From assembly GCA_020891255.1 (NCBI GenBank), contig BQFW01000008.1:2604001-2668000 (forward strand): DNA of 64,000 nt. The letters are read 5' to 3'. The notes beneath the pieces are model-generated. The model saw only the letters and a list, made by a program, of their open reading frames with translations, ran no database searches and had not been told where the DNA came from. Every line of letters starts with the position of its first letter. Positions within the stretch are counted from its first letter, which is position 1. Below are positions 36,989 to 48,267 of this stretch, piece by piece. Origin of the DNA: Entomortierella parvispora E1425 (taxonomy: Eukaryota > Fungi > Mortierellomycota). A program made the translations under genes and the position numbers.

Positions 36989-38113
36989 ATGAGGATACAG
37001 CCACCTTCCTTCTCACAGCTCATTCAGCTCTACTATGTCCTCATTATCACCATCGCCATCCTCGCTGGTACATTACCCGCCCTCCGCAACTCGATCCTCA
37101 CCTACGGCAAACTCGACGCCCCAGCTAACACAACTTCAAAACCTTCGCCCTCTCCGTCTTTCTCAAATGGTGCCACCAAGGACGTAGCACAAAGCAGCCG
37201 AGACTTTGTGAAGACACTGCACTCTTTCAGAGTTCCCAAGACCTGGTTTGCTCATTTCTATGTCCTGGCTCCCCTCTGGATGGTCTATCTTACGGTAGAT
37301 CTGCGCTTGTTCACCTCTTTGGAATCGAGCCATTGGGTCGCAAGATGCTACCCATACTTTAGTCTCCTTCATCTCTTGAGTTTTCTTGGCATTATGATCC
37401 CCCCCAAAGTCGCTATGGCGGGAGGCTGGATCCCTCCTCCTGAGGTCGTGCTGGCTATGTCCTGTTACTTTGCCCAAGTGACTCGACGGTGGTGCGAGTC
37501 GCAGTTCATCGAACGACCTTCTCCCAAGGCAACATTGCACGTCGGGCATTACATCATCGGGATGACCTATTATTCTGCCATGGCCCCAACCGTCTGGGTA
37601 GACGCGTATGAGACCTGGGCGATAGGTCGCGCTGACACTCCATCGGCTCTCTCCACAACAGGAGTTGTTCAGTGCCTGGTTGGATTGGGTCTCTTCCTTT
37701 GGGGATCGTTCCATCAATACAATTGCCATGTGATCCTGGCCGACTTGCGAGCACCTAAAACTGCCCCTGCCAACACGTCCTCTTTCTCAGCCAAAGCCAC
37801 TTCAACAGAGTACAAGGTCCCATTTGGAGATTGGTTCCAATACATGGTCGCTCCTCATTACTCGGCCGAGATGGTGATCTATTTCGGTGTGTATCTGATG
37901 GCGAGTGCTCGGACGAGGGCGCCAACCATGCTTATTGCCTGGATCTGGGTCGTGATCAACCTGGGCATTGTGGCGAGGGAGACGGACCAATGGTACCGGG
38001 CTCATTTTGGTGAGCAATATCACAAGCAAGCGGTGGATCCAAAGAGTGGGAAACCTGCGGGATCCTCCAAGCCGCTAAGAAAGCGCGCTATCCTAGTTCC
38101 CTCCATCTACTGA
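36989..38113 (+). CDS. DFG10: Polyprenol/polyprenal reductase (DFG10/SRD5A3, steroid 5-alpha-reductase family)
   Basis: Motifs: LTYGKL, VPKTWFAHFY, HVGHYIIGMTYY, QYNCHVILADLR, YKVPFGDWFQYMVAPHYSAEMVIY, NLGIVARETDQWYRAHF and RAILVPSIY. Confidence 0.92.
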   Translation: MRIQPPSFSQLIQLYYVLIITIAILAGTLPALRNSILTYGKLDAPANTTSKPSPSPSFSNGATKDVAQSSRDFVKTLHSFRVPKTWFAHFYVLAPLWMVYLTVDLRLFTSLESSHWVARCYPYFSLLHLLSFLGIMIPPKVAMAGGWIPPPEVVLAMSCYFAQVTRRWCESQFIERPSPKATLHVGHYIIGMTYYSAMAPTVWVDAYETWAIGRADTPSALSTTGVVQCLVGLGLFLWGSFHQYNCHVILADLRAPKTAPANTSSFSAKATSTEYKVPFGDWFQYMVAPHYSAEMVIYFGVYLMASARTRAPTMLIAWIWVVINLGIVARETDQWYRAHFGEQYHKQAVDPKSGKPAGSSKPLRKRAILVPSIY

Positions 38114-38233
38114 AGGAACCACATAATAAAGCGCGTCGATCCAATGAAGCACGTGACTACATCCATTTTTGAATGTTTGAGGGCCAATTGATGTGGCCCA
38201 TGTTCATTCATTTCTCACATCAACCATCCTTCA

Positions 38234-39733
38234 ATGTCTGATTCAGGAGCTTCGCCAGCTAGGGGTCGATCGCCCTCTCCAGCCCGCAGGAGGTCACCTT
38301 CACCTCGGGCTACAAGATCTCGTTCGAGATCCACGAGTCCTCGATCGTCGTCTCGTCGCAATGCAGCACCACCCGCCAGAAACAACAGGACGCCTTCCCC
38401 TGCCCGCCGCTCTCGTTCGCCCCGTTCACGCTCACCCCAGGACAAGCGGACTTCTGACCCAGCGCCCAAATCAAACCGATCCAGATCCAGATCTCGATCC
38501 AGGTCGTCTGCTGACCGACACAGTCGATCCTCTCGCCATCGCCAGGATGACCACAGGTCGAGCCGGAGTAGTGGTCGTCGTAGCAGGAGCCGATCTGGAA
38601 GTCGGGATAGGTCAAGGTACTTCATGAGGAAGAGATAGCTTCTAGGGAAAAAGGAGCTCCAGAATGGCTTGGAAATGTTCAATGGCTAAGAACCACGTCT
38701 CTTGTCTGGATATAATAGTCGTCATTCTCGCGGCCATAGATCGTCCAGGAGAGACTCACGTTCAAGATCTAGATCCAAGTCAAGATCGAGGTCAAGGTCA
38801 AGATCCCGTCGCCACCATCATCGTTCATCAAGACATGGTGGAGGAAACAGCAGGAGTCATAAGAGTAGCAGCAGCAGCAAACGTTCGCGTCGTTCTAGAT
38901 CCAGATCCTATAGCTCAACAGACGACTCGAGCGATAGCGATTCTTCGTCAGGGTCAGAGTCGGATCGTGATCGCAAGAGAAGGAGGCATAGCAGCAGTAG
39001 CAGCAGCAGGAAAAAGAAGGATCGAAAGGACAGGAAGAAAGATAAGAAGGTACCGAGATTTTGATTCCTGAAGGAAAGGAGCGCATTTTCTTTTACAGGA
39101 CTCTCACTGATGGATTCCTGACATTTCTTGACGGTTTAATAGAAGAGCAAAAAGGAAAAGAAGAACCATGCTTCCAAGGCATACGGAACCTATGGTATTC
39201 TCACTCCTGCCGAGTAAGTCAACTTTCATTATACAGAAATTGTTACCAATTTATGTCTTGACTAATTTCTAACCTTCTGTACGTTTTACTTGCACTTATT
39301 TAGTATGTGGAACAAAGAAAATGAGTTCCAGGCATGGATCATGGAAGTCAAAAAGCTGAACCCAGAGACCATTCCTCAGAACAAGATGAAGGAGCATTTC
39401 CTTGGATTCATGGAGGATTACAACACTGTCACCATGCCCCACGAGAAATTTTACAACCTTCAGAAATGGGAGGACCGGCAACGGGCTATCCGGATGGGCG
39501 AGCCTTTGCCATCCGACCAACAGGGTGTTGTCAACCTGATGAACGACGAGGAGCAATTGAGATTGAAACAGCGGGACAAACGAAAGCTGAACGCCAATGC
39601 TTCTCAGAGCCAGATCATGATGACCCAGAGCCAGCTCCAGGAATTGAGACGTGTGCAGCATGAACGTGTGGAGGCGGACAAGCTCCGAAGACTGGGTCTG
39701 GACGCTGGACGCAAGGGAGTTCGATACGAGTGA
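38234..39733 (+). CDS. SR/RS-rich nuclear protein with a conserved C-terminal domain (probable splicing-related factor), 4 exons
   Basis: RS dipeptide repeats with introns at about 38617-38718, 39050-39140 and 39212-39304. Spliced C-domain: YGTYGILTPADMWNKENEFQAWIMEVKKLNPE...FMEDYNTVTMPHEKFYNLQKWE. Confidence 0.85.
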
Positions 39734-40039
39734 GAGCTGTCTTCGTAAGGACGAAATTAAAACCTATTTATTGCATGGAATGTTCCCAACAACAAAAGAC
39801 TCGAGATGTGGATATCTAGGATGGGCACTTTTATTCTTTGATTTGAAATTGGTATATTTGTTCGTGGAGGCACGAGTGAATGTTTGACATATGTTTACAA
39901 AAGAACGAATGGATGAAGTTACATATGCCGATGAATGATGAAGGTTAGAAAAAGAAAGACGAGGGGGTATGAGGAAGGGATAGGGTGAGGGTCTTTGTAC
40001 AATAAAAAAAGAGTGGTCGGAAAAAGGAGCAAGCTATTC

Positions 40040-43000
40040 TCACATTGTCACGAGTGTCTCTTCACGACTCGTGTTTACAAAAGGATTGGAGAAATCCTCT
40101 TCAAAGTTATAGGTCGGCACCGTAAAGGACAAGGCCGAGATGAGGCTGCCAGTATTCATGCTCATCCAGGAAGATGCTGAGCTGGTGCCGAGCGTAATCG
40201 GCTGTCGCTGCTGATGCTGCAACGGGTTCTTGCCTCGACTACTCCTAGAGTCTCGACCCTGCGAAGGCGATGCGGGCGAGAAGCGGAGAGAACTCGAAGA
40301 CGAAGTGTGGGAGACGGCGCTGGCGGAAGACATGGACGCCATGAGAGCGGAGTGCAGAGCCGCAGTCGATCGAGCCGCTGCGAAGGAGGATCCAAACATG
40401 GGACCAAAAGGCGATGGAGAACGACCGCCCACGGACGAAGACATGGACGACGACTCGTAACCACCGTCCTTGTTCATCATCATGCGTCCCCGAGCACCAA
40501 ACGAAGAAGGGAAGGAGGTGCTCATCATTGAATCCAAGCTCGATGTCGAATCGGTCAGAGTCGTCAATGGAGCCAGACCATGTCTGCCAAAAGGGGGCAA
40601 TGAGCCTCGGGAAGACCGATAGCCCGACTTGTGAGAGTTATAGCCGCTACCATATCCAGAAAGCGCTCCACCACAGCTGCTACTGCTGCTGCCACGGCGA
40701 CTCGCCGCCACAAACTCGCGGATCGTCTCGTCCTCAGAAGATGAGGAAGACGAGATCGAGGTGCGTCTGCTAGCCGCCCATGCACCTCTTTGTTGAGGTT
40801 GAATGCTGTTGCGTCGGGACTGAGCCCCGTTGTTCTTGCCGTTGTTGTTGTTGTTGTTGTTGTTGCTGTTGCTGTTGCTGTTGTTGGTATTACTCTTGGT
40901 ATTGCTTTGTGCTTGGCCGTTCGATTTCTTACCTTGACCTCCTTGCAGCTGGTGGGTCGAAGTTGAGCGTCGCAAAAAGGGCCTGCCACCGCCAGGAGCG
41001 TTGGGGGGACTCATACACCTCGACTTGAAATCACCTCCAGCCACAGACACCGAACGAGCAGGCATCGGAGGTGAGCGAACGGGTGGCTTGCTCAAGGCTG
41101 TGTATCCTCTGTTACCACCTGGCGAGAAGGGTGGCCGATCCAAGATCTTGGAGCTCTTGTTCTTGGTTGCCGACGAAGGAGGTGTGGGCTTTGGCTTGGG
41201 AGGAGGAGCTGGGGTTGCGACCAACTCTCCAAAGTTCTCTTCGTTCGTCGAAGGACCCAGGAAAAAGTAACCCCAAGAGGAGGTCTGAAGAGGGAAACCA
41301 GGCATGCCAGGCGACGAAACACTCACAGATGGACACCATGGACGAGGCTTCTCCCACTGAGGCTTGTCTGACTTGATCAGCATGTACTTTCGAACCGCTG
41401 CAGTCGAATCCATGGATTGAGAAGAAACCAGCTTGCCACGCAGAAACCGGGCAGAGGGACTCCATGTTGGAGATGAGGGACTCTTTGAAGCGTGAGGTGC
41501 TGTGCCTGACCGTCGGAGATTTGGGGAAGAGGGGCTCGAAGGAGATCGCCAACCCTGTCCATCGATGCTGTTGCCGCTACCGACCAAGGTCCTGTTCTCT
41601 GCCTCATCCTTCTTTGCAAGAGCAAGTCGTTCTTCCTCGTTGGCTTTTTCTTTCAGAGTCGTGTGGTGAGCGTGTAGTCGGGTGCCAACTGCGTCCAATG
41701 AGGTCTTGAGATTGGACCACCGAGCCTTCAAATGCCTCTGCCGCTCTAGCAACTCAATGTTGGGGTATAATGGTGATGAATCCACCGGGAGAGGAGATGG
41801 GAGCTCCATGGCCAGTGCAAATGAGGGTGGGGGTACGGAGCGATCCACAGCCGTCGTCGGTGTAGTTGGAGAAAAGGCCGCTGTCTTGGTCCGATGCTGG
41901 ATCTCGCCCTCCTGAACCCAAAACATGTTTTCAATGGCCGGAGCCACCATCGTCTGCTTCTCGTCCAGCTCTTGTATCGTTGACCAAAGCGTTTCCAAGT
42001 TGATGGGCTCTGACACATCATCCTCTGTTGCCTGGGTTGCTGGCGTTCCTGGTGTCACTGTTGATGTCGATTTTACGGATCTCGGCGAAGCTGGTACAGA
42101 CCCCGCAGTAGATCCTGCAGCAGATCCCATAAAAGAGCCCGATTTTCTGGATGCTACTGATCTAGGCGAAGACTTTACAGATTTGGGCGAGGAAGGTCCT
42201 TTAGGAGAGGAAGGTCTTTTGGGAGAGGAGGCGGCCACGGCGGCAAGAAGGGCGTTCATGGTCGATTGTCGGTCTAAATTCGATAGCATGTTGGCGCACA
42301 TCTTGTAAAAGATCTCGACTGGGTCCAGCATTGACTCGATCTGTTTCGCCATCTTTTCGATGCGTGCACGCCATCGATCGCATTCCTCCAGGTCTCGCCA
42401 AAGTTGTTCCTTTCCAGTCCGGAGATCATCCCATTGACCGAGAAGCTCTTGATACACAACCCAAATACACTGCTTCTTTTCCGCTATCGTTCCTGAGGCT
42501 CTTGCTTGAGTGGGTGGTAAAAGATCACGCTTGTGAGCCTTCAGGGTCTTAATCCTGTGGGTCCGTGTACATTCCGGATATGTCTTTTGTAACGTATCGA
42601 TCTGCAGAGACAGTAATCCGATCCTCGAGTCCAACTCCAACATGTCGTTACTGTCCACGCCTAGAGACATTGTGCCACCTTTGGACAAACTTGCTGTGCT
42701 GTTCTGATAAGGAGTCAACGAGTAGAGCTCTGACTGGAGAGAGAGGTCCTTGCTATTCTTGTCCCGTTGAGCAAGACTGAGAGCAAGCTCACTCGTCCGT
42801 TGCTTATCCGCAGCAATGGATTGAAGACATTTTTCCAGGATCCCGCTGGCTTGACGGGTCTGTTCGGAAATGTTCCTCACATTCTGGATCCCATCCCGTA
42901 GCCGTTGGTGTTCCCTGACCGACCCTGAGAGCTCGTCGATAATCTTTCGCAACCTCGACCACTGCTCCAAAATAGTTTCAATGGCAGGGCTGATATGCAC

Positions 43001-43480
43001 CACCTGTTCCAGAGGGAGGGGTTTGGACGTGGATGTGAGGCTGAGATGATTTTGGTCCACCAGGGACGAGATGGAATCATTGGGGGAACGGGTCGATAAC
43101 CGATCTGCCACACATTCCTCAAGCTGGAGCAAGATCTCGATACTGGATTCGATCGTGGGCTCATAGTGCCCAAAGCCAGAGACCACATCCTGGATCTCTG
43201 CCTCCAGCTCTTCGTCCTGCTCCTCCTTTTCATCATCGTCCAAGTTCTGCCGTTGACGCTGGGCAGACTCCTCAGCGACGGTGTCGAGTAGAGCCAAGGC
43301 AGCTTGGATCCATGTCAGGAGTTGTTCGGATCCAGTTCTATGACGTTCCTGTAATAGGTCTACGGGCATGTCGTTCTTGAAGAATAGTGTATGGTAAAGG
43401 GTTTTGTAAGGCAGAGGTATCCGCTCTAGTTCTGTGACCTCTGAGAGACCATCGAGCCGTAGTTGTGAGATCGAGGCCAT
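40040..43480 (-). CDS. KAR9-like cortical/microtubule-orientation protein with long S/P/N-rich C-terminus (1146 aa), intronless
   Basis: The N-terminal helical region has WDDLRTGKEQLWRDLEECDRWRARIEKMAKQIESM, resembling the KAR9 W..L...E.LRREL.EDRW...FR...Q...M motif. It also has APAIE and LKARWSNL, followed by a disordered tail. Confidence 0.65.
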   Translation of the reverse strand: MASISQLRLDGLSEVTELERIPLPYKTLYHTLFFKNDMPVDLLQERHRTGSEQLLTWIQAALALLDTVAEESAQRQRQNLDDDEKEEQDEELEAEIQDVVSGFGHYEPTIESSIEILLQLEECVADRLSTRSPNDSISSLVDQNHLSLTSTSKPLPLEQVVHISPAIETILEQWSRLRKIIDELSGSVREHQRLRDGIQNVRNISEQTRQASGILEKCLQSIAADKQRTSELALSLAQRDKNSKDLSLQSELYSLTPYQNSTASLSKGGTMSLGVDSNDMLELDSRIGLLSLQIDTLQKTYPECTRTHRIKTLKAHKRDLLPPTQARASGTIAEKKQCIWVVYQELLGQWDDLRTGKEQLWRDLEECDRWRARIEKMAKQIESMLDPVEIFYKMCANMLSNLDRQSTMNALLAAVAASSPKRPSSPKGPSSPKSVKSSPRSVASRKSGSFMGSAAGSTAGSVPASPRSVKSTSTVTPGTPATQATEDDVSEPINLETLWSTIQELDEKQTMVAPAIENMFWVQEGEIQHRTKTAAFSPTTPTTAVDRSVPPPSFALAMELPSPLPVDSSPLYPNIELLERQRHLKARWSNLKTSLDAVGTRLHAHHTTLKEKANEEERLALAKKDEAENRTLVGSGNSIDGQGWRSPSSPSSPNLRRSGTAPHASKSPSSPTWSPSARFLRGKLVSSQSMDSTAAVRKYMLIKSDKPQWEKPRPWCPSVSVSSPGMPGFPLQTSSWGYFFLGPSTNEENFGELVATPAPPPKPKPTPPSSATKNKSSKILDRPPFSPGGNRGYTALSKPPVRSPPMPARSVSVAGGDFKSRCMSPPNAPGGGRPFLRRSTSTHQLQGGQGKKSNGQAQSNTKSNTNNSNSNSNNNNNNNNGKNNGAQSRRNSIQPQQRGAWAASRRTSISSSSSSEDETIREFVAASRRGSSSSSCGGALSGYGSGYNSHKSGYRSSRGSLPPFGRHGLAPLTTLTDSTSSLDSMMSTSFPSSFGARGRMMMNKDGGYESSSMSSSVGGRSPSPFGPMFGSSFAAARSTAALHSALMASMSSASAVSHTSSSSSLRFSPASPSQGRDSRSSRGKNPLQHQQRQPITLGTSSASSWMSMNTGSLISALSFTVPTYNFEEDFSNPFVNTSREETLVTM

Positions 43481-43810
43481 TACGGCTGGTATATATAAGT
43501 TTGAAGGGAAAGGGGAAAGGGTATAGATGATGTCGAGTGTAGTGTCGACGACCGGTGCCGGTGTGGAGGCGGTGTTAATCCCCGAGGCCGAGTTTTGTTT
43601 TTTGATCGAAAATAGATGGCAGAGATGACCAAGACTGCTCAGTCGAGGAGAGTGACAATCCTAGAGAGACAGGACAAACAAACGTCTAGGAATAGGGTGG
43701 TGTTGGTAAAACAGAAAAGGCGTTGAGGTGCTTGAGTAAGTATGCAAGAGCAAATATAGAAGAGCTGTTGAATGGAAGAGCAGGAAAAGGACAAGAAAGT
43801 GAACAAGAAT

Positions 43811-43847
<37 letters not shown>

Positions 43848-46800
43848 AAATAAAAGAGCAAAGAGCGCGCGTGGAAAAATGGAGATGTTCAAAGGGCTTC
43901 AAGGACTGAGTCTGATGGACAAAAACCACGCTTTACAAGTTCTGATTGAGAGCGGGGGACCCTCCATTTTACAGCCAGAAAGCCATGACGAAGAAAGGAA
44001 AGAGCGCGAAACAACACGGAGGAGAGGGAGGATGTGAAGGAGGCGGAGGAAAGAACAAGAGGAGGTGGTGAAGATGGCGGAGAGCACAACCACTCTGTCG
44101 ATGCCAGCCCAGCTGAACGTGATTGCAATTAAGATGGAAGAGAGAGAGTGCTTGTTCCTGGGACCGATCAACATCAACACACCAAAAACAACAACGAGAG
44201 CACGACCCAACAATGCAAGGAGGCAAGGCCATTCATTCATTTCGCTTGAGAGCAGTGACGAATAAAGACAGAACATGCCACCCCAGACGACAGACATAGG
44301 AGAAGGCTTGATCCTGGATCAAGATCCACAGCAGCAGCATATAATATAAAAAAAAAGGCGGCAGATCGCCGGTAGGTCCCCCTACAGAACCATGGTCCTG
44401 CAGAGCAAAGGACGTGACAATGACGATGTGACACGGCGAAGGGAAATAAACACAAAAACAAATGACACGCGACGCGTCTCCCTCTCTCGTTCTGTGCCAA
44501 AAAAAGGGACGGGCTGAATAGAATGAGGGTCTTGAGGTCTCGCGGGTGGGAGGGCGTTCGCTTCCCAGGTCAGAAGGTCCTTGGGTCTCCCATCTCTCTT
44601 TTTTCTTTCTTCTTCCCTGCAAGGATAGGAAGCCTACTTTCATCGGCAATGCGGGGCGAGAGAAAGAAGAGGCAAGAGGCGACAAAGAAGGGAAAAAAGG
44701 AGGACTCTACTCCAGCAAAAAAGGAGCAGGAAGGCCAGTAACAGGAACAAAAAGAAGGGAGGCGCTACGCTGGGGACGGGAGACAGCATGCACCTGTTCC
44801 TTCCTCGTACTCCAGTAAGCTAAGAGGCATAAACCAAGAAGCCCTCAACGGACACCCGAGTTCATAGATCGCAATGAGGAGACAAGAATCCTTTCGACCA
44901 AAAAAAAAAAGGGTGATTGGTGAATGGAGCAGGGACGGAGACAGTCGTCCGGGGATGGAATGACCTCCTGGGAAACAAGAACGTCAACGGTTTCTTCTTG
45001 CATCCGCATTGGGAACCATTGGCTGCTAACGGGACGACAGGACGGACATTCCGACTTGGGAGTTTTGTCCCCTTTGTGAACTTTGTGCATGGGAAAGGTA
45101 CGAGGAATGAATGCCGAAGGAAGGCGACCACTCACCACTGTGGAATGTACTGCTGCTGTTCACTCTTTGTTTGTGCTGCGGTTGTGTTTTATGTAAAGGT
45201 GGAGAGAGGGTGGTGAGGGAGAGTGGAGGGGTGGGGGGAGAGCGAGAGACTGGGCGAGTGAGGGTGTCTGTTTGCTGAATGAAGAATAAGGGCTGGTGAT
45301 TTTTTTCAAGTAGTGGGAATGAGACGACAGATCGGATTCAGCAGGGGGGAGGGGCGAGGCATGAGGGCTGAGAATCGGAGGCAGCGATGGTGAATGGAGA
45401 ATGAGCGAGGAAAAGAGAAGGAGAGCGAGCGAGCGAGCGAGGAGAGAGGGTAGAAGAAGAAGGAGAAGGAGAGAAAGAGTAAAGAACGGACAGGACGAGG
45501 GAGAAAGAGTGAAAAGAGGAGACATCCCATTCAATTCAATGCAGAGCGAACAATACAACCGCGGACATTCTCATTCCTGCGCGTGTTCGCCTTCTCTCTC
45601 TCTCCTTCTCTCTCCTTCTCTTTGTCTCTCTCTCTCTCGCTTGCTTGCTTGTCTGTCATGTCTGCCTGTCTGTCTGTTGGATGACCACCGCAGACAAGCA
45701 GATAGGCACGCGCACACCCCCATCCCAGCAGGGCTTGGAACCAGGGAGGAGCACAATCGATGGTTGCAAGTCCTCCTTGCCTTCCCGGCCCTGTGTCGTT
45801 GGATGTCCTCCCTTGCAATTGCACTTGACAATCGATGGTCGGGATTCCAGGACTGAGCCAATGATGGGACCATTGCCATATGATAATTTTCGACAACCCA
45901 AACAAACCGCAGGCGCACGATGCTTACAACACATTTCCGCTCTCTGTTCAAACCCTTTTGCACTCACTCCGATCGGCGCATGAGTTTCCAACCCGCGACG
46001 TGTTCTTTTTTAAACGTTTACCTTGTCAAGGAACTTTTTTTTTGTGTTTGTCTTTCCTCGGAGCTGGGCTAACCCTGATCTTCCAAATGCACGATAAAAA
46101 AACACAGCAAAAAAATGAAAGAGGCGGTGGAGGGCCCCCACAATGGAGAAAGAGCGAGGAGGTCATTGCCGAAAAAAGGGTGCCGCTGAAGCACAAAAGG
46201 GGCAGTGCCGGTCTTGTCAGACAGCCAAGAAAAGCCAAGGCAAAACATTGCTTTTTTACGGTGGGGTGCGAGGCGAGGGTTCCGGGTGGTCCTGTGGTGA
46301 TGATGACGGCGTAGGGTCTTGGTAGAATTGCTCACTCTGCCTAATCCAGATCATCCGCGTTCCCTCTCTTTCACCCCCTTTCTGTCTTTTTTCTCTTTCG
46401 TTCTTTCTCTCTCTCTCTGTCTCTCGCTCTCTCTTGGATCAGCTCCCGTATCCGTCACTGTCTTTCTTGGGGCTATCCTTTTTGACCCCCTTAGAAATGG
46501 CTTTTGTTCCCGATTCCTGTGTACGACCCTTCAAGACGTTCATCGGCTCTTTGCTTGCCTTTCTGGACAAAATCAAGGTCGGAGGTTCTCAAGGACCCTA
46601 TTCCAGTCTTGTCCAACCTAGCCTTTCGATTTGTTGTAAAGTCTTTGTTTGTTGACCACAGGTGTAGAACACCATGTTGAATATTCACATATCGACTGCC
46701 ACCACGGTAAGAAGAGCCGATCAGGGAGAGGCATTGTATTCAAAAGAACTCATGCAGCCACACTTACCCCAACCAGAGGGGAGTGGTTCAAGCCAAAAGA

Positions 46801-47658
46801 ACAAGAAAACCACCACAGAAAACTAAAAAAATTTACCAACCATGGGCCATGATATTCTTCCCATCTTACCAGCTGGCGGGATCTCATCTCTTTGTGAAGG
46901 AAAAATAAAAAAAAATACCGCGTAGACATATCCCCCCCTTGATGCCTGTTGTAAACGTGCATGTGCATGCCTTCCCTAAATGCACGCAATGCGACTTTCT
47001 CCACTCCTCTGACAAAAAAAACCCCCCCAATGTGATCACCAGACTCCTCGGACAACAAGGGATGACTCTACCCAACCCACTTCCTGCACAGCAAGACTTT
47101 TTTCCGCTCTTCATTTTCTATGTCGCTTTGACCAAAAAGCTCTTAGAGCTCTGATGAGCCTGCAGCACCCCTGGGACCAACTTCAATGACGACTCAAAGA
47201 CAGATAGCCAAGCTTGCCTGTGGAAGACGACGGCAGGATGACTGATGTCGACCCAACTGCGGTTAAGGGGCACAATGAGTGACAGCAGATGATTTGCTGA
47301 CCAAAGCCCTGTTGCTGAGAAGACTGACCCCTGCGGTGGGATTCGTGTTCAATGACAAAAATGTGCTACTCTGACTATTCCTCACTCAAATGAGTGGCGC
47401 TACCTTCATGATCAACGTCGGCACAGTTAAAATAGGCTGTCAGAAAAAAACGGGGGGAACAGGCACCAACCATAAAGCAGGTGCGTGTTTGTCAAACGAG
47501 AACAAGGACTGTCAAAACGCGTCATCTTCGTGTCGTTCTCCCGCTATCAAAAACAATGCAGCAGCTTTATTCCCACAGTTCTTTTTTTTTTTTTTTTTTT
47601 TGTTTTCTTTTCTCACTCACTCCCCCTACTCTACTCTCTTCCCAATCCCATTTCTTAA

Positions 47659-48267
47659 ATGCCATTACCATCGCAACATCAACGGCGGCAACGACAACGA
47701 CAAAGGCAACGGCCTGGTCCACGGCAGCGACAACGACAACAGAGACAACAGCCTCAAACACAGCAACAACAACGGCTTGTTCTTACTGGACGACAACGAC
47801 GACGGCAAAAACAACAGCGACGACTACAGCGGCAGCAGGAACAGCAACAACAGCAAGAAGAGCAAGTTGGAGATGAGTATCTTCAACAGCAGGAAGAACA
47901 CCCACTAGAGCTTGAAGAGCAACATCAATGGCAACCAAAGGAGCAAGCGCTGCCTCAAGAACAAGAGGAACAGTGGCAACAGGAGCGACCAGATCAAGAG
48001 CTGCGAGAGCGACTCGATCAGAACTACCAGGTTCCCACGTCTACGGAACTGCATGTCGTACATTTATACGAGGATACACTCGTCAAACGCCTTGACCTTA
48101 TTGGTGTGATGCTCAAAAAGGTTGAATCAATGATCGACCTGGGTCACGCCAACGCCAACTTTTACAATTCTCTCCGATACGATGCAGATGGCATTCGACA
48201 ATATCTACCCGTCTTGGCCCACCATAAGGCTATCCTCCTTGCACAACAAGCATCTGATAACAATTAG
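47659..48267 (+). CDS. Hypothetical Q/R/E-rich protein with a helical C-terminal domain (202 aa)
   Basis: ATG after a CT-rich leader. The low-complexity N-half is followed by an amphipathic segment LHVVHLYEDTLVKRLDLIGVMLKKVESMIDLG. No family recognised. Confidence 0.5.
   Translation: MPLPSQHQRRQRQRQRQRPGPRQRQRQQRQQPQTQQQQRLVLTGRQRRRQKQQRRLQRQQEQQQQQEEQVGDEYLQQQEEHPLELEEQHQWQPKEQALPQEQEEQWQQERPDQELRERLDQNYQVPTSTELHVVHLYEDTLVKRLDLIGVMLKKVESMIDLGHANANFYNSLRYDADGIRQYLPVLAHHKAILLAQQASDNN

Noticed and set aside
47152-47200. CTGATGAG, resembling a hammerhead ribozyme core
   Set aside because: No stem II followed by GAAA, and no flanking stems I/III.
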